Below are positions 18,965 through 25,855 of a DNA stretch of 32,000 bases, piece by piece. The position numbers were made by a program, and so were the translations under genes. Location: positions 1 through 32,000 of the forward strand of contig NJBF01000021.1 in the NCBI GenBank assembly GCA_003144275.1, written 5' to 3'. The notes beneath the pieces are model-generated. The model made no database searches and was not told the DNA's origin. It was given only the letters and a program-made list of their open reading frames with translations. This stretch comes from Candidatus Heimdallarchaeota archaeon B3_Heim. Lineage in GTDB: Archaea; Asgardarchaeota; Heimdallarchaeia; Hodarchaeales; Hodarchaeaceae. Numbering within the stretch: the stretch's first letter is position 1; each line of letters starts with the position of its first letter.

Positions 18965-19487
18965 CTGAGTCACTCCCAATTTTATCCTTTAGATATTGAA
19001 GTCCATATTCTAAGGATTCATTATAGATCTGAATTCCAAAATTTTGTATCTGAACAGCGGTAAATAATTCAGGATCAGAGTTCTCAACCTCTGAAGATTG
19101 GAGATCTGCAAGCATATCCATCATCCTTACATTTATATCGATAAATCTCTGGAACATTAGCTCTAACAAAGAAGCATCATCAGCAACATGATAAAAATAA
19201 CCCAGTTTGTGAGTTCCTCGTTTGATCAGTGTTCCATACTGAACATTGAGTTTAATTGCCCTATTAACCGATGCTATTGATGTTGGATAATCTGATTCGT
19301 TACCAAATAACTCCTTTAGTCTTTTTGAAATTGTTACTTGAGTCCAATCATCTCGTTGCTCAAGCCATAAGAGCGCGTCAATGTATCCTGACAAACCAGG
19401 TAGACCATATCCTTGCCAGTATTCCGCTAAAATAGTGAAGAAAGATTTTCTCTGAAGACTGATTTTGGGGTTGTCATTGGAATCCAT
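18942..19487 (-). CDS. winged-helix transcription regulator, MarR/GbsR-like
   Basis: YWQGYGLP..SGYIDALL, TQVTISKRL, TSIASVNRAIK helix-turn-helix pattern; first gene of the ABC operon and overlapping the ATPase start. Confidence 0.6.
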   Translation of the reverse strand: MDSNDNPKISLQRKSFFTILAEYWQGYGLPGLSGYIDALLWLEQRDDWTQVTISKRLKELFGNESDYPTSIASVNRAIKLNVQYGTLIKRGTHKLGYFYHVADDASLLELMFQRFIDINVRMMDMLADLQSSEVENSDPELFTAVQIQNFGIQIYNESLEYGLQYLKDKIGSDSVEENNRS

Positions 19488-19517
19488 TGGATATCAAATG
19501 AGGAGGGAACATGCGCA

Positions 19518-19557
19518 TATTTAAAATTTCGGAAGTATGAAATTCTGAATTTCAGAA
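19518..19557 (-). promoter_or_regulatory. TATA box plus TTCNGAA palindrome array upstream of the regulator/ABC operon
   Basis: TTTAAATA on - at 19525-19518, 31 nt from ATG 19487; TTCGGAA 19528, TTCTGAA 19543, TTCAGAA 19551. Confidence 0.5.
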
Positions 19558-19610
19558 AAGTGAAATGGTAGAACATTGTTTTGAATTGAAAATTAACAAT
19601 AAAATAGATA

Positions 19611-20399
19611 TTATTGAAGTAAAAAAGAGTCAACTGCTGACATATATTTATCAAAGCCTAAATATAAGAGATCATTATGCCCTGCATTAGGAATAATAAC
19701 CAATTCCTTTTCTTTACTTGAACAATTTTCATAGAGAGCATAACCGTTATTCGCAGGAATAATAAAGTCTTCCTCACCATGAATAATTAATGTTGGTATG
19801 GTGATTTTATTCATGAGGGGAAGAGGGGAAGATTCTGATTCTTTATCCTCAGGTAGGAGTTTTTTGGGTATTCCTAGTCTTTGTAGTAGCTCATAAGTGT
19901 ATGCAAATCCGCTTTCCACGATTAGACCTGAAATCTCGCTTTGATAACAGCTGGCGAGCTCGATTGCAGATGCACTCCCCAGTGATCTCCCCATGACAAA
20001 TAAGGGGCCACTATATCCATTTTTGTCCAGATAGGCTCTTAGTTGTTGGAAGATTTTATGGGAATCGTTAAACATACTTGAAAAAGTTGGTTCGCCTCCA
20101 CTCTGCCCATATCCTCTATAATCCATCACACAAATATTTATTCCACGTTTCTGAAATTCTGGGCCTAAATCATGGTAATCTTGGGCGATTTCACCATTTC
20201 CATGAAAGAATAGTAGTGTTGGTGCCTGTTTGGAGGCTTCATGTAGGAATCCGCAAATCTTGATGCTCTCTTCAACACTAAAGCACACTGAATAACGATT
20301 CTTGATGTCTTCAGGTGTGGATGGTGCTTTTCGAGGATGAAAAACCATTTGATTAATGAATGGCAAATCTAAAAATGATAGATCTCTAGTGTTGTTCAT
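19611..20399 (-). CDS. alpha/beta hydrolase, ABHD13/BEM46-like
   Basis: FHGNGE, DYRGYGQSGGEP, GRSLG nucleophile, IHGEEDFIIP, AGHND. Confidence 0.85.
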   Translation of the reverse strand: MNNTRDLSFLDLPFINQMVFHPRKAPSTPEDIKNRYSVCFSVEESIKICGFLHEASKQAPTLLFFHGNGEIAQDYHDLGPEFQKRGINICVMDYRGYGQSGGEPTFSSMFNDSHKIFQQLRAYLDKNGYSGPLFVMGRSLGSASAIELASCYQSEISGLIVESGFAYTYELLQRLGIPKKLLPEDKESESSPLPLMNKITIPTLIIHGEEDFIIPANNGYALYENCSSKEKELVIIPNAGHNDLLYLGFDKYMSAVDSFLLQ

Positions 20400-20421
20400 A
20401 AGTGTTTACCATCATCACGTA

Positions 20422-21153
20422 TTATGACATAGGTACGAAACTAGTTAATATAGAGAATACTCCGAACATAATTGGAACATATACAACGATAGAGGCAACA
20501 AGATCCCATATGTAATGCTCTCCAAGGTAAATCACTGAGAAACAAAAGAAAGTGCCTAATAGAAGAAAAAACACAATTCCTGCAGTCCAAACCCACCAAG
20601 GTGATGTCAAACCAATGAAATAACACAAGATAGCTCCAGCCATCATTAATCCCAAGTGATTCGACGGTAAACCATTATATAACAGCCCATTTACGTTATC
20701 GGATTGTTTAAATTGTTCGAGTCGTAAAGGAATGATCGGAAGATCACGACCAAAAGCATCCCATCTATTAGGAACAATCACAGGATAAAGAAACTGGATA
20801 GTCATACTTGTACCCCATGATAGGATAACAGGAAGACCATATCGCCACGCCTGATCCCCCTGAAGACCACAAATATAAACTTCGATGACAACAGTTATTG
20901 TGAAAGCCCAAAGCCAAAGTTGCATTGTAAGAAAATCAAGAATCTTTGTCATTCTCTCGTTGGTTCTCAGTTTCTTTTGCAGATATTGAGTAGGTTTAGG
21001 AGAAAAGAATTTTGCCCTTTTGTGAACTTTATCGGGAGTTTGCCACCACCGGGCCGAGATCCATAAAATTAGCATACCAATGGTTACAAGTAGTAAAAAA
21101 ACATTGAGAGGGGTAGCAAAGGCTTCTTCGTACGCGGCTAAGATATTGTCCAT
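20422..21153 (-). CDS. PAP2-superfamily membrane phosphotransferase/phosphatase, AUR1/IPC-synthase-like
   Basis: About 6 TMs; GLPSNHLG and IYLGEHYIWDL catalytic His/His/Asp motifs; FLYPVIVP resembles the AUR1-type FPxAPP loop. Confidence 0.7.
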   Translation of the reverse strand: MDNILAAYEEAFATPLNVFLLLVTIGMLILWISARWWQTPDKVHKRAKFFSPKPTQYLQKKLRTNERMTKILDFLTMQLWLWAFTITVVIEVYICGLQGDQAWRYGLPVILSWGTSMTIQFLYPVIVPNRWDAFGRDLPIIPLRLEQFKQSDNVNGLLYNGLPSNHLGLMMAGAILCYFIGLTSPWWVWTAGIVFFLLLGTFFCFSVIYLGEHYIWDLVASIVVYVPIMFGVFSILTSFVPMS

Positions 21154-21181
21154 GATAACAACCCTGTATTAAAAAAATAAT

Positions 21182-21655
21182 TTATTTACAGGACTTTTTT
21201 GGATTTTCTGTAATCCGTAAAAATCCAGATGCATCTAAAAAGGCCTGAGCTTTCTGAAAATCGGCTTCATCAACTGAAAATGCGTAATGAGCTTGGCCTT
21301 TGGTGAATCTGAGAACATAGAATGAATACACACGAATTCCTTGGTCAAAAAGCAATTGTGCGAAATTCCCAAAAGTACCAGGTTCATCGGGTAATGCGGC
21401 AACTAATACATCCTGTTTACTAAATGACACATTCATATTTCTCAATAATTCTTGAGTTTTATCTTCGTTGTCGGTAAAAAGTGCAGCTGTACAAATTCCA
21501 AATGCCGAAGTACCCGCCATTGAGACAATATCTATATTATTGTCTCCTAGAGTTTTTCCAATCTGTGCAAGTAACCTTAGTGCATCCGTGTCGTTTTCTA
21601 AATGAATTATAAACTGCTGCACGCTTTTCACCTTTGTAGATGCTTTCAAATTCAC
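21182..21655 (-). CDS. tandem ACT-domain protein (COG4747-like)
   Basis: QFIIHLEN...LGDNNIDI and LPDEPGTFG...GIRVYSFY ACT repeats. Confidence 0.75.
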   Translation of the reverse strand: MNLKASTKVKSVQQFIIHLENDTDALRLLAQIGKTLGDNNIDIVSMAGTSAFGICTAALFTDNEDKTQELLRNMNVSFSKQDVLVAALPDEPGTFGNFAQLLFDQGIRVYSFYVLRFTKGQAHYAFSVDEADFQKAQAFLDASGFLRITENPKKSCK

Positions 21656-21804
21656 TTGTATTGAACAATCATTTTTCCCGTCATAAATACTTAAATACTG
21701 CGTGAGAATTGGTGATAAATACTAGTAATTATAAACAAGACTATTAGGATGAATTTCCTTCGTCTCCATTTTTTTATTCACCTATTTTGTGAGTACGAGC
21801 CAAT

Positions 21805-22461
21805 TTGCAGATTATCTATCTTTATGGCTTTGCTTCAGGTCCACTCTCTGAAAAAGCTCAATTTTTTAAGCATAAATTTGATTTAATTGGTACTCCTTTT
21901 CGAATTTTTGATTATATCCCTAGTTCTAAGAATTTTCATCTAATGCGTCCCTCTCAATTAGTTATAAATCTTCATGATTTCATTAACATGGAGTATTCTG
22001 ATCAGAAGATTATATTGTGTGGATCAAGCTTTGGGGGGTTGATAGTAGCTTGGTATGCCTCTACTCATCCTGAATATGTAGAAAAATTAATACTCATAGC
22101 TCCTGCTCTTCATTTCACAACTGAATATATTGCTGAAACATTAGGTACCACCCTTTCCCAATGGAAGAATGAGAGTGATGTGCTAGTAGACCATTACCGT
22201 TTCAATGGAAAAATCCCCATAAATTATTCTTTTATTCAAGACCTTTGTGACAATCCTCCCCCTAAATTCCCTTTGAAGAATTTTCCTATTTCCACTTTAG
22301 TTTTTCATGGGAAGAATGATGAGGTTGTTCCAGTGCGATGGAGCATTGATTTTGCTCTAGAAAATCAAAAAGTTAACTTAAACGTCTTAGCTGGTGATCA
22401 CCAATTACTCGATCAGAAAAAAACGATGTGGAACAGTATTCAATCATTCTTAACTAATTAA
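21805..22461 (+). CDS. YqiA/YcfP-like alpha/beta esterase
   Basis: YLYGFASGP, GSSFGG, LIAPA, HGKNDEVVP, GDHQL. Confidence 0.85.
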   Translation: MQIIYLYGFASGPLSEKAQFFKHKFDLIGTPFRIFDYIPSSKNFHLMRPSQLVINLHDFINMEYSDQKIILCGSSFGGLIVAWYASTHPEYVEKLILIAPALHFTTEYIAETLGTTLSQWKNESDVLVDHYRFNGKIPINYSFIQDLCDNPPPKFPLKNFPISTLVFHGKNDEVVPVRWSIDFALENQKVNLNVLAGDHQLLDQKKTMWNSIQSFLTN

Positions 22462-22840
22462 GGTCATATACAATGTTTTCAAGTGCTTCCTTAATTTGAG
22501 CGCTTAACTGGACCAGCATACGGCCTTCAGGAGAAGTAACTTCATGTTTTGGATTAGCCCAGCCTTTGAGCATTGGCCAAATATTGATAGCTGTGTTTTG
22601 TTCGTCTTGGATTTGTAATAAGGGAGAAAGAACCTGTTCAAACTCATTATATGTGTTATTATCAATAGAAAAATTAATTAAGGGGCAATAATACTCGTCT
22701 GGAGCTGTTACACGGCGTAACAATGGACGAACATCTTGGGTATAGCAAAGAGTAGTTTGTCCTCTCCGAAGGACACATCCCGCATGAAAATTACTCTTTT
22801 CTACACGGAAAGGACAAAAGCCATGTTCGAGTATCTGCAT
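22454..22840 (-). CDS. hypothetical 4-Cys protein, paralog A
   Basis: CPFRVE, GCVL, LCY, YYCPL, INIWPML shared with the neighbour; ATG 22840 (ORF-track TTG 22843). Confidence 0.75.
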   Translation of the reverse strand: MQILEHGFCPFRVEKSNFHAGCVLRRGQTTLCYTQDVRPLLRRVTAPDEYYCPLINFSIDNNTYNEFEQVLSPLLQIQDEQNTAINIWPMLKGWANPKHEVTSPEGRMLVQLSAQIKEALENIVYDLN

Positions 22841-22895
22841 CAAAGAAACTGGGGACAGTTAATTTTTAAGTTTACCCTCGATAAAATATCCTTGT

Positions 22896-23270
22896 TTATT
22901 CCATCTCAAAAATAATATCGTTTAATTCCTCTCTCACCTTCATGCTAAGCCTCTCCATTGCTTTCCCTTCTGGTGTTTTTGCTTTATTACACGAATTCGC
23001 AATCCCTGTCAACATCGGCCAAATATTAATTGTGGTGCTTTCTCTATCTTGGATAGTAAGAATATAGCTAACGAGTTGTTCGAATTTTTTATACAAATCA
23101 TCTGAAACTATAACTTTCGGTAGAAGCGGACAATAATAGCTGGAATCACGCGCTATTAAGGGCCGCTCATCTGTGGAATAACACAGAGACTCTTTTCCTT
23201 TTTGTAATACGCAGCCTGGGAGATGTTCAAGAATTTCAACCCGAAATGGACAATGACCACGTACCTTCAT
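22896..23270 (-). CDS. hypothetical 4-Cys protein, paralog B
   Basis: Same motifs; GGAG RBS before ATG 23270 (ORF-track TTG 23285). Confidence 0.75.
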   Translation of the reverse strand: MKVRGHCPFRVEILEHLPGCVLQKGKESLCYSTDERPLIARDSSYYCPLLPKVIVSDDLYKKFEQLVSYILTIQDRESTTINIWPMLTGIANSCNKAKTPEGKAMERLSMKVREELNDIIFEME

Positions 23271-23502
23271 CAATTTAAACTCCAAAAATAAAAGAAAAAA
23301 TTTCCCAGATAAGTTACTCTACATTTTTCTTTTAAACGTGATGGAATTCTGTAGAAGACTCCTTTCATAAAAGGCAAAGACTGTAGCAAGAACCTTTATC
23401 AATATTCATTCTCTTTCAATATCAAAATAAGTTTTATAATCATCAATATGTGGTCATAATTGACATGAAATCTTAACTAAAAGACAAGTGAAGGATTCAA
23501 TA

Positions 23503-24696
23503 ATGAATGCAAAAAAATTAAAGCAATTGCTTATACAGGAAGCTAAGGAAATAGAGTCTTATGTTATAAACACACGTAGATATATACATATGCGTCCCGA
23601 AACAGCTTTTGAAGAAGTAAAAACCCGTGATCTCATCGAAGCAGAATTAAAAAAACTTGATTTTGATACTATAAGAACTGCTAGGACAGGGGTCATTGGT
23701 GTTTTGAATGGTAAGAAAACTGGCCCAACAATTGCTTTACGTGCAGATACTGATGCTTTAAATCTCACAGAAGAAAATGATGTTGAATATGCAAGTACAA
23801 TTCCTGGGAAGATGCATGCGTGTGGGCATGACGCACATACAGCTATGTTGTTAGGGGCTGCTAAACTAATATTGAAATATCGTAACCAACTTTCTGGAAC
23901 CCTAAAGCTGCTTTTTCAACCTGCAGAAGAAGGTGGTGGAGGGGGTAAACTGATCTGTGATGAAGGTCACCTAGATGATGTGGATAAAATTTTTGGAATT
24001 CATGTTTGGCGAGAGCTAGAAGCAGGTATTATTGGTTCACGAAAAGGGGCCATGTTGGCTTCTGCAGATGCATTTATAGTGAGTATTACTGGGAAAGGAG
24101 GCCATGCGGCTGCACCCCACCAAACCATTGATCCCACGGCTGTTCTTGTCGATATTTATAATGCACTCCAGAAAATAGTCTCTCGCGAGATAGATCCCTT
24201 TAGTGATGTTATTATTACCACTCCAGTTATGCAAGCAAGCGACGCGTTTAATGTGATCCCACGAGAAGCGAAATTGGAAGGTACATTTAGAACTATGGAT
24301 CCCAAGATTAGAGATCACATCGTAACAAGAATTCCAGAGATTGTACAAGGATATTGCAAAGCTTGGCGATGTGAAGGATCAGTAACCTTCAATGAAGGTG
24401 ACATGATACCATATCCTCCTCTAATAAATGATGCTCAATCAGTAGATGAAGTAATTGAAATTTTAAAAGGAACTGAATTAAGCTATGTTTCAATGGATCC
24501 TTCTATGGGTGGTGAAGATTTCGCTTTTTATTTACAAAAGACCAAGGGAGCCTTTTTAACCTTGGGAATATATAATGAGGAAAAAGGTATCACTTCACCC
24601 CATCATCATCCTCACTTTGATGTAGATGAAGCAGTACTTTGGAAAGGGACCGCCTTGTATGCTTTGCTAGGTTTTTATTCGCTGTTCAATGTGTGA
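23503..24696 (+). CDS. M20D family amidohydrolase
   Basis: RADTDAL, MHACGHDAHTAM, FQPAEEG, GKGGHAA, MGGEDF, HHPHFDVDE; ORF-track start GTG 23488. Confidence 0.92.
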   Translation: MNAKKLKQLLIQEAKEIESYVINTRRYIHMRPETAFEEVKTRDLIEAELKKLDFDTIRTARTGVIGVLNGKKTGPTIALRADTDALNLTEENDVEYASTIPGKMHACGHDAHTAMLLGAAKLILKYRNQLSGTLKLLFQPAEEGGGGGKLICDEGHLDDVDKIFGIHVWRELEAGIIGSRKGAMLASADAFIVSITGKGGHAAAPHQTIDPTAVLVDIYNALQKIVSREIDPFSDVIITTPVMQASDAFNVIPREAKLEGTFRTMDPKIRDHIVTRIPEIVQGYCKAWRCEGSVTFNEGDMIPYPPLINDAQSVDEVIEILKGTELSYVSMDPSMGGEDFAFYLQKTKGAFLTLGIYNEEKGITSPHHHPHFDVDEAVLWKGTALYALLGFYSLFNV

Positions 24697-24702
24697 AAAT
24701 GA

Positions 24703-25854
24703 ATGATCTTTGAGGAGCAATTATTAGGCGTATTAAGTGAGAATAGAGTAAATGTTCTCTTAACGAATCCCTGTGCTCGGTTACAAACAATATTGAATTT
24801 ACTTTCCGAAACCGATGAATTTGACGTTCTAGAAATTACCCGTGAAGAACACGGTGTAGGCATTGCTGCAGGTGCATATATGGCTGGTATGAAACCAGCT
24901 ATGCTAATACAGAGTACAGGAATAGGAAATATCCTTAATACTATTGCTTCTCTAACGTTAACGTATCAATTCCCCTTACTAATCATAGCTAGCTGGAGAG
25001 GAGTAATAGATGAACCCATCGCTGCACAGAATATTTTTGGTAGGGCGGTAGAAAAACTTCTTACTGCACTCAAGATTGAAACTCACATTATAGATGAGAA
25101 CTCCGATATTTCAACATTTAAAGAGAAAATTCTTGAAGTATATGTGCAACGGAAAGTTTTAGTACTCCTATGCTCCCCAAGAGTATGGACAAAGTCGCAA
25201 GATATGTACTCTGAAAAAACTTTTGAAGTTTCACATCCAAAGCATTATCAAGAAGAGGTGAAACAAAAAAATTCCAATGTTAATCCCAGTATGACCCGAA
25301 TAGACGTTTTTAAAGACCTTACTGATAATATGACTAAGAAAGATCTTATCATTGCAAATATTGGATTTCCAGCACGAGAGTTATATCATGTGAATGATCA
25401 ATCGCATTTTTTCTATATGACAGGGAGCTTTGGACAAGTGAGTGCTATCGGCATTGGTATAGCTAGGTATCAACCAAATAAGCAAATTTATGTCCTTGAA
25501 GGAGACGGGAGTATGTTGATGAGTCCTGGTATTCTTCCAATGATTGCTGCTTATTCGCCTAATAATTTAACGATAATTTGTTTGAATAATGGGAGTTATG
25601 GTTCAACAGGGAATCAACCGACCCTTTATAATTTAGGATTTATTGATTTTAGAATTGTGACACACGGATTTGGATTCCAACCGTCTAAAATCATTAATAT
25701 TAGTGATAGATCAGATTTAATGAAATTGCTTCCTAATTTATCTGATTATCAATTCATTCAGATATTTATCAGACCATTAAATGCTGAGGTCGGAAAAATC
25801 CCTTTAACACCAAAAGAAATTGGTGATAGATTCATGAACTCAATAAGTGATTGA
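24703..25854 (+). CDS. comDE: fused alpha+beta TPP-dependent sulfopyruvate decarboxylase-like enzyme (ComDE; phosphonopyruvate decarboxylase not excluded)
   Basis: NPC, TREEHGVGIAAGAYMAG, QSTGIGN, SWRG in the alpha half; FYMTGSFG, GDGSMLM, NNGSYGSTGNQPT TPP motif in the beta half. Confidence 0.75.
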   Translation: MIFEEQLLGVLSENRVNVLLTNPCARLQTILNLLSETDEFDVLEITREEHGVGIAAGAYMAGMKPAMLIQSTGIGNILNTIASLTLTYQFPLLIIASWRGVIDEPIAAQNIFGRAVEKLLTALKIETHIIDENSDISTFKEKILEVYVQRKVLVLLCSPRVWTKSQDMYSEKTFEVSHPKHYQEEVKQKNSNVNPSMTRIDVFKDLTDNMTKKDLIIANIGFPARELYHVNDQSHFFYMTGSFGQVSAIGIGIARYQPNKQIYVLEGDGSMLMSPGILPMIAAYSPNNLTIICLNNGSYGSTGNQPTLYNLGFIDFRIVTHGFGFQPSKIINISDRSDLMKLLPNLSDYQFIQIFIRPLNAEVGKIPLTPKEIGDRFMNSISD

Positions 25855-25855
25855 A

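Noticed and set aside
16645-20626. ORFs 16645-16938, 18863-19063, 19427-19654, 20078-20263 and 20441-20626
   Set aside because: Shadow ORFs; 19427-19654 spans the regulator promoter and is low-complexity F/N/I sequence
23559-24863. Minus-strand ORFs 23559-23768, 24037-24348 and 24675-24863
   Set aside because: Antisense to the M20 and ComDE genes
24703-25854. ComDE as evidence of methanogenesis
   Set aside because: No other CoM or methanogenesis genes in the window; ComDE also functions in sulfonate catabolism
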